A stretch of DNA of 64,000 bases from Candidatus Latescibacterota bacterium. GTDB lineage: Bacteria; Latescibacterota; UBA2968; GCA-2709665. The stretch covers positions 768,001 to 832,000 of the forward strand of contig OZ244937.1 of the NCBI GenBank assembly GCA_965222075.1, given 5' to 3'. The notes beneath the pieces are model-generated. The model ran no database searches. It worked only from the letters and a program-made list of their open reading frames with translations, and was not told where the DNA came from. A program made the position numbers and the translations under genes. Shown here one piece after another: positions 51,183 through 60,010 of this stretch. Positions within the stretch are counted from its first letter, which is position 1; the number at the start of each line of letters is the position of its first letter.

Positions 51183-52721
51183 ATGTTTGGCAGTATTCGC
51201 AGGGTGTTGGTGTTACTGCTTGCAGGAAGCGTGATGTGGAGCTGCAGCGGTGAACGTGTGACGACGCCACAGGTAACGGATGCAGACCTGTCTGTCGGGG
51301 GGCCGCTGAGTAAGCCGGCTGTAAGCAGGGACCTGACAAAGGCTGTGGTGGTGGTGACGGTGCGGCAAGGTCAAGTGCCTGTGAGTGGTGCGACCGTAGA
51401 GTTCTCGCGTTCTGTTTCAGGACGGGCAGCGGATTATGCGTGGTCGGGCACAACCGGTGAGAATGGTCAGGCGCAGGTGGCGATTGGGGCGGATGATGTG
51501 AGTGGTTATTATCAGGCGCGCGCCATGCAGGACGGGAGCATGCTGGGTTCGTGGTCGAGTATTCCGATTAACGGTGGGTATGCGCTGGTGGTTGATTTGC
51601 CCGTTGGTGGGAAGGCACGCGTGATAGGTTCATCCGTTCTGCCATCGGACATTCCGGAACCAGAGGGTCTCAGTGGAGAGATTTCATTTGGCGTCGCCCT
51701 GCCCCTGACGGGTCCGGACAACATATACGGCCTGCCTGCGAGAGATGGCTTTGAACTCGCTCGCGAAGAGATCAACGGCTTATTGCAACTCAGCGGGATA
51801 GAGGCAAGCATCCAGTTCATTGTCGAGGATTCCCGAGGCACCCCGGAGGGGGGGATGGAAGCGTTCGGTAAACTGGTTCATCAAGGCGTGCCTGTGATCC
51901 TCGGTCCCGGCATCTCCACCGTGGCCACAGAGGCTTTCCCCATCGCGCAAGAAAATCAGGTCGTGGCTTTGAGTTCGACCTCAACCGCCACCGGCCTGAG
52001 TGCGATTGGCGATTTTATTTTCCGCGTTGGCCTCAACGTAGGTGTGCTTGTGCCCGGTAGCGTCCAGCAGACCCAGGAGAAGCTGGGCTATCAGAGGGTG
52101 GCTATGATGGCCGATACGATTGATGTCTATGCCAAGAGTCTTGACGAGGCGTTGAGGAACGCGCTCGCTGACAACAACGTCGAGATCGTGGCCAGAGAGA
52201 CTTTTGGGCCGAGCGATTCCATCTTTGCCGAGCAATTGAACCGGATAAAGGCACTGGGTCCGGATGCCATCTTTGTCTCAACTCTGGCAGCACAACAGCC
52301 TAAGATTCTGGTCCAGGCCAGCCAGCTTGACATTCCCTCCGAGGTTCCCTTTCTTATTCCGGAGCTGGCCATAGACCAAGTACAAGCTGCGGGTGATGCC
52401 GCCGAAGGCGCCATTACCTTTACGCACTGGGCCAGCACGGCTTCCACACCGGAGAATCAAGCCTTCGTTCAGAGATACACAGCGAAATACGGTGTTGAAC
52501 CGAGCGTCTGGGCCGCACTTTCGTATGCCGGTTTCCATATTATTGCGCAGGCGATCCTGGAGGCCCAGTCGGTGGATGCGAGCGCAATTAAAGATGCGAT
52601 GGCCGAGACCAGAGATTTGGACACGATTTTGGGCCGGTTCTCTTTTGACGCCGATGGAGACGCGGTTTACGACCCGATTGTACTGATCGTCCGGGACGGC
52701 AAATTCGAGGTTTTCGAGTGA
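51183..52721 (+). CDS. LivK-type substrate-binding lipoprotein with the shared N-terminal module
   Basis: Paralogue of 18080; RBS AAGGAGG; identical C-terminus DADGDAVYDPIVLIVRDGKFEVFE. Confidence 0.9.
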   Translation: MFGSIRRVLVLLLAGSVMWSCSGERVTTPQVTDADLSVGGPLSKPAVSRDLTKAVVVVTVRQGQVPVSGATVEFSRSVSGRAADYAWSGTTGENGQAQVAIGADDVSGYYQARAMQDGSMLGSWSSIPINGGYALVVDLPVGGKARVIGSSVLPSDIPEPEGLSGEISFGVALPLTGPDNIYGLPARDGFELAREEINGLLQLSGIEASIQFIVEDSRGTPEGGMEAFGKLVHQGVPVILGPGISTVATEAFPIAQENQVVALSSTSTATGLSAIGDFIFRVGLNVGVLVPGSVQQTQEKLGYQRVAMMADTIDVYAKSLDEALRNALADNNVEIVARETFGPSDSIFAEQLNRIKALGPDAIFVSTLAAQQPKILVQASQLDIPSEVPFLIPELAIDQVQAAGDAAEGAITFTHWASTASTPENQAFVQRYTAKYGVEPSVWAALSYAGFHIIAQAILEAQSVDASAIKDAMAETRDLDTILGRFSFDADGDAVYDPIVLIVRDGKFEVFE

Positions 52722-53046
52722 GTGCACGCAGTTCACATTAGCGCGGGACTGCCTGCCGGCAGGCAGGCGTCTCGCTCACACGGAGATACGAAGGCACAAA
52801 GGTATGGTAATGCCCCCGGGAGCGCGGGCGTCTCGCCCGCCTGTCGGGATGATCGGGAAGGGTTAGCCGACTCCTGGGGTATTGAAACGGATAGGGGCGA
52901 TCTTGCAGGGGCGATCCTTGTGATCGCCCCTTTGGCTTGTCGGCGGGTATCCCCGTCCTGTGCAGGGTTTCTGTTGATCCGGAGGGCCAGATTTCGTAAA
53001 TTTCATATTGCATAGCCGGTTATTTCCAATATTAAGGAGATTCGCT

Positions 53047-54567
53047 ATGTCTGGCAGTATTCGCAGTGTGCTGGTGTTCCTGCTTGCGGGAGGCGTGACG
53101 TGGAGCTGCAGCGGTGAGCGCGCGACGACGCCACAGGTAATGGAGGCAGGCCTGTCTGCCCGGGGGCCGCTGAGTAAACCGGCTGTAAGCAGGGATGTGA
53201 CAAAGGCTGTGGTGGTGGCCAGGGTGCACCTGGAGCAGGTGCCTGTGAGTGGTGCGACCGTAGAGTTCTCGCGTTCTGTTTCAGGACGGGCAGCAGATTA
53301 TGCGTGGTCGGGCACAACCGATGAGAATGGTGAGGCGAGGGTGGAGATTGAGGGGGATGATGTGAGTGGTTATTATCAGGCGCGCGCCATGCAGGAGGGG
53401 AGCCTGCTGGGGATGTGGTCGAGTGTTCCGATTAACGGTGGGTATGCGTTGACGGTTGATTTGCCCGTTGGCGGGAAGGCGCGCGTGACGGGTTCATCCA
53501 TTCTGACATCAGAGGGTCTCTATGGAGAGATTCCGATTGGCGTCGTTTTGCCCCTGACAGGTTTACAACGCCAATACGGCCCGCCGATGAAAAATGGCTT
53601 TGAACTCGCTCTTGAAGAGATCAACAGATCATCGCAACTGGGCGGGGCAAGCATCCAGTTCATTTTCGAGGATTCCCGAGGCACCCCGGAGGGGGCGATT
53701 GAAGCGTTCAATAAACTGATTCATCAAGACGGCGTGCCTGTCATCCTCGGTCCCGCCATCTCCACCGCAGCCAAAGAGGCTTTCCCTATCGCGCAACAAC
53801 ATCAGGTCGTGGCTTTGAGTTCGACCTCAGCCGCCTCCGGCCTCAGTGCGATTGGCGATTTTATCTTCCGGGTTGGTCTCAGCGTAGATGTGCTTGTGCC
53901 CGGTAGCGTCAAGGTGACTCAGGAGAAGCTGGGCTATCAGAGGGTGGCTACGATGGTCGATCAGATTGATGTCTTTTCCCAGAGCCTTGACGAGAAGTTG
54001 AGGACAGCGCTCACTGAAAACGGCGTCAAGATTTTGGTTAGAGAGACTTTTGAAACGGGCGATACCACCTTTGCCGAGCAGTTGAACCGGATAAAGGCGT
54101 TGAATCCGGATGCTGTCTTTATCTCAGCTTTATCACGAGAAAGGATTGAGATTCTGATCCAGGGCCGCCGGCTTGGCATCCCCTCCGATGTTCCATTTAT
54201 TGTTCCATTAATGACCACAGACGAAATACAAGCTGCGGGTGATGCCGCCGAAGGCGCCATTACCTTTACGGGTTGGGCCAGTACGGCTTCTACACCGGGG
54301 AATCAAACCTTTGTTGAGAATTACAGAGCAAAATACGGTGTTGACCCGAACCGTTGGGCCGCGCAGTCGTATGCCGCTTTCCATATTCTTGCGGAGGCGA
54401 TCGCGAATGCCCAATCGACGGATGCGAGCGCGATTCGAGACGCGATGGCGGGTATCAGAGATTTGGATACGGTTTTGGGCCGGTTCTCTTTTGATGCGGA
54501 TGGGGACGCGGTTTACGACCCGATTGTACTGATCGTCAGGGACGGCAAATTCGAGGTTTTCGAGTGA
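53047..54567 (+). CDS. LivK-type substrate-binding lipoprotein with the shared N-terminal module
   Basis: Closest paralogue of 18080, including about 50 bp of downstream sequence. Confidence 0.9.
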   Translation: MSGSIRSVLVFLLAGGVTWSCSGERATTPQVMEAGLSARGPLSKPAVSRDVTKAVVVARVHLEQVPVSGATVEFSRSVSGRAADYAWSGTTDENGEARVEIEGDDVSGYYQARAMQEGSLLGMWSSVPINGGYALTVDLPVGGKARVTGSSILTSEGLYGEIPIGVVLPLTGLQRQYGPPMKNGFELALEEINRSSQLGGASIQFIFEDSRGTPEGAIEAFNKLIHQDGVPVILGPAISTAAKEAFPIAQQHQVVALSSTSAASGLSAIGDFIFRVGLSVDVLVPGSVKVTQEKLGYQRVATMVDQIDVFSQSLDEKLRTALTENGVKILVRETFETGDTTFAEQLNRIKALNPDAVFISALSRERIEILIQGRRLGIPSDVPFIVPLMTTDEIQAAGDAAEGAITFTGWASTASTPGNQTFVENYRAKYGVDPNRWAAQSYAAFHILAEAIANAQSTDASAIRDAMAGIRDLDTVLGRFSFDADGDAVYDPIVLIVRDGKFEVFE

Positions 54568-54632
54568 GTGCGCGCACTTCGCATCTTTTGGAGGTCTATG
54601 CACTGGGAGATGATCTTTCCCGCCTGAAGCTT

Positions 54633-55019
54633 TTATCCGCCCATTTCCGCGATGCGCCGCGCCATCCACTCTACGTACGCTGTGCGGGTCATGCCGCGCC
54701 TTCGCGCCTCGCCGTCGATGAAGGCAGCGACGCCCTCGTCGAGCGTCATATGGGCGCGCACGCTCCGACCTGAGAGACGGATCAACGGAATGGACACAAG
54801 CGCCTGCCCGGCCGGGGGGTCCACCCGCTCCAGAGCGCTTGGCGGCGTGATCGCCTCGCCGTCCTTTTCCGCCTCAATCGCATAATCGCGAAGCGCTTCC
54901 TCAGCGTTCACCATTGCCTCGTCAATGGTTTTTCCCATGGCGACGATACCGGGAAGGTCGGGAAACGTAACGCCATAGGTGCCTTTTTCGCCATCAATCA
55001 GTGCGGGATACCGGGCCAT
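54633..55019 (-). CDS. hicB: HicB family antitoxin
   Basis: YGVTFPDLPG..AMG.T.DEA..NA.EAL; C-terminal RHH-like domain; RBS AGGAGG. Confidence 0.92.
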   Translation of the reverse strand: MARYPALIDGEKGTYGVTFPDLPGIVAMGKTIDEAMVNAEEALRDYAIEAEKDGEAITPPSALERVDPPAGQALVSIPLIRLSGRSVRAHMTLDEGVAAFIDGEARRRGMTRTAYVEWMARRIAEMGG

Positions 55020-55043
55020 GCTTGGGTCCTCCTCCTGGGTCAA

Positions 55044-55199
55044 TTATTCTGGCCAGCCCGCCTTTTTCGCGATGGAGTGGGCAACGCCGGGAGATACCGT
55101 TTTGTGCCTGGGGAGGGTAATGATTCCCTTGATGTGCGGGTGCCGAAAGATGTCGTGACCGGAGCCGTGGCGCGCCAGATACCATCCGTCCTTTTCCAG
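55044..55199 (-). pseudogene. hicA: HicA toxin lacking its N-terminus and a canonical start codon
   Basis: LEKDGWYLARHGSGHDIFRHP...LPRH; RBS AAGGAGG is followed by CGCGGG-CTG with no ATG. Confidence 0.75.
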
Positions 55200-55213
55200 C
55201 CCGCGCCTCCTTT

Positions 55214-55249
55214 GTGCATATATATGCACCTTTTCGCAGAATATGTCAA
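55214..55249 (-). promoter_or_regulatory. hicAB promoter with palindromic operator
   Basis: TTGACA-17 nt-CATATA on the minus strand; perfect palindrome GTGCATATATATGCAC at 55214-55229. Confidence 0.72.
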
Positions 55250-55588
55250 GCCTTTTCGTGCAAGAAAATGAACTTTTTTCAGCCCTTGCCATCCGAATCC
55301 TGTCCACCGCTTCTCGGATCATCTAATGTGATGGGAGGTTGCATGATCACCGTTTCTTGCCACCATTCCATATCTTTTGCTTTTGGCCTTTTTCTTGTTC
55401 GCCCAAGAAAAAGGCCGAAAAAGAAGGGTAAGCAGGCGTTTCTGCCCTGCGGACCTTTTGGGCGTTTTTGTGCGATGGTGCTGGAGGGATCTGCGCGGAA
55501 AAGCCCCTTCCCCCCTCACCGTAAGGCACAGGCAGGCACCCGCGTTCCCGGGTGCTTTGATCCCCCAACCCGAAATTTTGAGACGGCT

Positions 55589-56359
55589 CTAAAGCCTGCG
55601 CATGTGGAATCCGCCGTCGACCGGTATGGCCGCTCCGGTGGTAAAGTCGAAGTAGCCAAGGGCGATGGCGGCAACGGCCCTGCCGATGTCTTCGGGTTGG
55701 CCCCAGCGACGGTAGGGGACGAGGCCATCTGCGATGAGGCGGTCGTATTTTTCCCGTACAGGGCCGGTCATGTCGGTCCGGACGATGCCGGGCTGGATCT
55801 CGATCACCGGGATGCCGTATTCCGCCAGCCGGTCGGCGAAGAGACGGGTCATCATGTTGAGACCGGCCTTGGAGATGCAGTATTCCCCCCGTGAGGGAGA
55901 GGATGTGAAGGCGGAAATGGAGGAGATAACGACGATCCGGGGCGTTTCAACGATTCCCTTTTTCTGGAGTTCGATCATCCGGTTCGCCGCGTACTGTGTG
56001 AGAAAATAGGGGCCTTTCAGGTTGGTGGCCAGGACCTCGTCGTAGCTGTCCGGGGTCGCTTCCAAGAGGTCTGTGCGCACGCGGGGGGCGATACCGGCGT
56101 TGTTGACCAGGAGGTCGAGCCGGCCGAAGGTGTCTAAGGCTACGTTGACCAGGCGCGTTCCCTCCTGAGAGGAGGCGATGTCGGCCCGGCAGATTTCCGC
56201 CCGACGGCCCCGCTGCCGGACGCCATCGGCGGCCTCCTGGGCGGCTTTCCGGTTGCGGGTGTAGTTGATGAGGATGTCGTAGCCGGCCTGGGCCAGGCAG
56301 AAGGCGATGCCCCGGCCAATGCCCCGGCTGGAGCCTGTGACGAGCGCGACGGGGGTCAT
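55589..56359 (-). CDS. SDR family oxidoreductase (3-ketoacyl-ACP reductase-like)
   Basis: [19 protein letters not shown]...TDM. Confidence 0.93.
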   Translation of the reverse strand: MTPVALVTGSSRGIGRGIAFCLAQAGYDILINYTRNRKAAQEAADGVRQRGRRAEICRADIASSQEGTRLVNVALDTFGRLDLLVNNAGIAPRVRTDLLEATPDSYDEVLATNLKGPYFLTQYAANRMIELQKKGIVETPRIVVISSISAFTSSPSRGEYCISKAGLNMMTRLFADRLAEYGIPVIEIQPGIVRTDMTGPVREKYDRLIADGLVPYRRWGQPEDIGRAVAAIALGYFDFTTGAAIPVDGGFHMRRL

Positions 56360-56585
56360 TGTTTTGGGAATTGTATACAATCGTGACTAAGGAAATAGGC
56401 CAGGGGGCGCGTACTCCTCTGGCCTATCGGCTAAACGTCCCCCAACGAGACGTTATCACTTGTTCAAATAGTCCCAATTTTCTTTTTTTTTGAGTGGCGT
56501 ATTAAGCAAGGCGGCCACCAAGGGACATAGACCTACCGGTTCCCTTACTTATGCTTTTTCCTTGCTATTTGAGCCTTCTTTTCGC

Positions 56586-56807
56586 TCATGGTTCTTGACC
56601 GACTGCATCCCTGCCATGATCTTGGCCAGACATAAAACCCTCAATGCGGGCTACACGCTCACCCAAACCGCCCAAACGTTCCTCTATGCGCCCCAAACGT
56701 TCCTCTATGCGGCCCAGGCGTTCCTCCATACGGCTTTGCATGCGCCAGATAAAGCCGATTATAGCGACTATTCCCGCTAAGTTGGCAGTTCCGATTCCCA
56801 GATCCAT
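56586..56807 (-). CDS. Small TM + heptad-repeat coiled-coil protein
   Basis: N-terminal TM, then EERLGRI x2, EERLGGL, GERVARI encoded by 21-bp repeats. Confidence 0.7.
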   Translation of the reverse strand: MDLGIGTANLAGIVAIIGFIWRMQSRMEERLGRIEERLGRIEERLGGLGERVARIEGFMSGQDHGRDAVGQEP

Positions 56808-57009
56808 AACACCACCCCTTTAATCGCATGCACCAATTAACCTCTGTGTTGCTAACCGTATTCGTGTTCGGGTCATAGTCGCAACGATAGGTCACGCGTT
56901 GCCAGGCATCAAAGCCAATATAGCGAATCCTTACATAAAAGACAAGGACTTTTCTCTCTTTTTAATTGCAAAGCTGCCAATTCGCCAACTCCTTGTAGCA
57001 CAATCGCTT

Positions 57010-57340
57010 ACCGACACCGATATATGTTTCATCCACCTCGGCGGGACCGGCGAAAGGGGCTTGCTTGTTGTTCCATGTCTCCCTGATCCGGTGGGCTAAG
57101 TGCCAGGCGGTCTTTTGGGTTATCCCCAGGTCACGGTGTAGCTTCAGACTGGAGACGCCTTTTATGCCGGTTGACATCAGATACGTTGCCAGTACCCAAA
57201 TCTGCGCCCCCAGGTTGTGTACGGACGGAGAAAAACTTACGGCAAGAACGGCAACGATACGACATAGACTTGTGCTTGACATCGAACTGAATATTCCAGT
57301 CATTGTAATGGGGGCACTTCACCCCATTCGGCCACCCCCA
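57010..57340 (-). mobile_element. IS1595-family (ISXO2-like) transposase remnant, frameshifted and truncated
   Basis: WPNGVKCP...YRCRSCRKFFSVRT zinc ribbon; KGVSSLKLHRDLGITQKTAW, EVDETYIG. Confidence 0.9.
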
Positions 57341-57368
57341 AAATGATAACGCAAGAGGAGGTGGAAAG

Positions 57369-58145
57369 ATGGGCCAGACGAATAGCGAAACAGGCCGTGT
57401 GGTCGGGAAGGCTGCGATTGTGACCGGCGCGGGGTCGGGAATCGGCGAGGCCACGGCGGTGCTGCTGGCGCGGGAAGGCGCTTCTGTGGCGGTGGTCGAT
57501 ATCGATGGGGAAGCGGGGAAGCGGACGGTCGATCAGATTGAGCAGGCCGGAGGCAGGGCGATTTTTGTGGAGGCGGATGTGGCAAAGACCGGGGCGGTTA
57601 AGAAGATGATCGGGCAGGCCGAGGAGGCGTTTGGGCGGCTGGATATGATCCACAATAACGCGATATGGTACAGGATTGCTCCGGCCACCGAGTTGGACGA
57701 GGCGGAGTGGGACAGGATTTTGGCCGTTGGCCTGAAGGCGATCTATTTAAGCGGAAAGTACGGGATTCCGGTGATGCGCAAGACAGGGGGCGGGTGCATC
57801 GTTAATACGGGCTCTGTGCATTCACTGGTGGGGTTTGCGGAGCATACGGCCTACGACACGGTGAAGGCCGGGGTGCTGGGGCTAACGCGGGTGATGGCGA
57901 TCGATTACGGGCCGGATATCCGGGTGAATGCGGTGCTGCCGGGCGCAATTCTGACGCCGTTGTGGGACCGGATGGCGGTTTCGGAGGAGGACCGGAAGCT
58001 GTTCGCGGAGATGGTTCCGGCCAAACGCCTGGGGACCGGAGAAGACATCGCGCAGGCGGTCCTGTTTCTGGCGTCGGACGAGGCGTCGTTTATTACGGGA
58101 ACGTCGCTGGTGGTGGACGGCGGGTTGCTGGCGCGGACGATGTGA
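57369..58145 (+). CDS. SDR family oxidoreductase
   Basis: TGAGSGIG, NNA, YDTVK, IRVNAVLPG. Confidence 0.93.
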   Translation: MGQTNSETGRVVGKAAIVTGAGSGIGEATAVLLAREGASVAVVDIDGEAGKRTVDQIEQAGGRAIFVEADVAKTGAVKKMIGQAEEAFGRLDMIHNNAIWYRIAPATELDEAEWDRILAVGLKAIYLSGKYGIPVMRKTGGGCIVNTGSVHSLVGFAEHTAYDTVKAGVLGLTRVMAIDYGPDIRVNAVLPGAILTPLWDRMAVSEEDRKLFAEMVPAKRLGTGEDIAQAVLFLASDEASFITGTSLVVDGGLLARTM

Positions 58146-58206
58146 GAAGGCCGGTCAGCCCGGGGCCGCGACCCGTGTGGGTTCACTGCGTGTGAGAAAG
58201 TGCAGC

Positions 58207-59955
58207 TCAAGCTTTTCCCGGCAAGCGGGTGCGGAGGTCCGCCCGCAGCCGCCCGGTTGCCTCCGCATCCACGTTCCACCCATCTTCCCGGATGAGGACG
58301 CCGTATTCCTGTTTCGCGGTTTCCCGGTCGTAGTATTCGCGCATCACGTCCTGCAGGACCCTTTCCGGAGGCCGGTCAAGAGGGTCTCCGTACCCGCCCC
58401 CTCCGGGTGTTTCCAGCCTCAGCAGATCGCCGGTCTGCATGTGTACGCCCTCGTCTTTGGTGATGTGGGGCGGGAGATAGTCCTGCCCCTGGAGGACGAA
58501 GGTGTGCCTGGCCGGTTTGGCGGATTTTCCGCCCAGGACGCCGAAGGGGGTGAACCGGCCCCGGTCGCCCAGGAGCGAGGCGCTGGCCTCGCCCCGGCGG
58601 ATCTGGAACTCGAAGATGACGCCGAACCCGCCGCGGCGCATGCCGGCCCCACCGGAGTTCTCCCGGATGGCGTAGCGGGTGAAGAGGACGGGATAGCGGG
58701 ATTCGAAGATTTCCAGGGCCTGGGTGCGGGCCAGGGCCAGGGTGGGATTGCCGTTGATCAGTCCGTCGGTGAGGTAGTTTCCGCCGTATCCCCCGCCGAT
58801 GAAGGAGTAGAAGACATAGTAGCCTTTCTCCGGGTCCTCCCCGCCAACAGAAAGGTTGGTTACCGTGCCCATGGGACCGGCGTAGCACTTTTCAGGGATG
58901 GCCTGGCCAAGGGCGCCCAGGACAACGTCGATCATGCGCTGGCAGACCTCGGCGGCGCAGCCGGACACGGGGCGCGGGTGCCGGGCGTTGAGGAAGGTGG
59001 TGGGAGGGAGGTTGAAGGTGAAGGGTTTGAAACAGCCGGCGTTGATGGGCACGTCGGGGAAGGTATGTTTGAAGGCGATGTAGACTCCGGCCTGGGTGGT
59101 GCTGAGGACGCTGTTGAGCGGTCCCCGGCAGGGGGGACTGCTTTTGGAGAGGTCGAGGTGCACATTGCTGCCTTTGATCTGCATCTCCAGGTGGATGGTG
59201 AGGGGCTTCCAGTCCACGCCGTCGCTGTCCATGTGTTCTTCAAAGACGTAGGTCCCATCCGGGATGGTCTCGATGTAGCTGCGCATCAGGCGTTCCGAGC
59301 GGGCCTTCAGTTCACCGATGGCGGCAAAGACGGTCTTATCACCGTAGCGATCCAAAAGACCGGTCAGGCGGTCGGCGCCCAGGTTGAGGGCGGTAACCTG
59401 TGCGATAATGTCGCCCTGCCGCTCCTCAGGCACCCGGATGTTGTGCAGGATGATGTCGAGCACCTCCCGGTTCAGCCTGCCCCGGTTGAAGAGGCGCAGC
59501 GGGGGCAGGCGCAGTCCCTCCTGGTAGATCTCGGTGGCTCTGGTGGAGAACCCACCGGGCACCCGCCCCCCGATGTCGGGCCAGTGCCCGCTGTTGGCCA
59601 GGAAGGCGGTGAGCTTTCCCTTGTAGAAGAAGGGCCTGACCATTTTGACGTCCATCAGGTGGGTGCCCCCCAGGTAGGGGTCGTTGATGATGTAGATGTC
59701 CCCCGGCGCAGGGTCCGGGATGCGATCGATGACCGACCGGACGGTGAACTCCATCACGTAGATGAAGTTGGGTAGCCCGCGAGGCCCCTGCATGATGACC
59801 TCTCCGTTCGTTTTGTCGTAGATGCCGCTGGCCCGGTCAAAGCCGTCGGAGATGACCGGCGAGAAGGCCATGCGTTCCAGCGTGGCGTCCATTTCATCGG
59901 CGACCTGTTCCAGGCTGCCGCGGATGACGGCCAGGGTGATGGGGTCGATTTCCAT
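58207..59955 (-). CDS. Hydantoinase B/oxoprolinase family protein
   Basis: INDPYLGGTHLMD, HWPDIGG..PG, IYQEGL, ETPGGGGYGDP. Confidence 0.95.
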   Translation of the reverse strand: MEIDPITLAVIRGSLEQVADEMDATLERMAFSPVISDGFDRASGIYDKTNGEVIMQGPRGLPNFIYVMEFTVRSVIDRIPDPAPGDIYIINDPYLGGTHLMDVKMVRPFFYKGKLTAFLANSGHWPDIGGRVPGGFSTRATEIYQEGLRLPPLRLFNRGRLNREVLDIILHNIRVPEERQGDIIAQVTALNLGADRLTGLLDRYGDKTVFAAIGELKARSERLMRSYIETIPDGTYVFEEHMDSDGVDWKPLTIHLEMQIKGSNVHLDLSKSSPPCRGPLNSVLSTTQAGVYIAFKHTFPDVPINAGCFKPFTFNLPPTTFLNARHPRPVSGCAAEVCQRMIDVVLGALGQAIPEKCYAGPMGTVTNLSVGGEDPEKGYYVFYSFIGGGYGGNYLTDGLINGNPTLALARTQALEIFESRYPVLFTRYAIRENSGGAGMRRGGFGVIFEFQIRRGEASASLLGDRGRFTPFGVLGGKSAKPARHTFVLQGQDYLPPHITKDEGVHMQTGDLLRLETPGGGGYGDPLDRPPERVLQDVMREYYDRETAKQEYGVLIREDGWNVDAEATGRLRADLRTRLPGKA

Positions 59956-60010
59956 GTCGGGACCTGGTCGGGTGGACTGAAACGTTCACCGCAGGGGATT
60001 TCTTGATGTA

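Noticed and set aside
50504-51253. 249-aa ORF as one gene
   Set aside because: It runs through an IS fragment, palindromes, promoter-like DNA and a hairpin; likely chance read-through.
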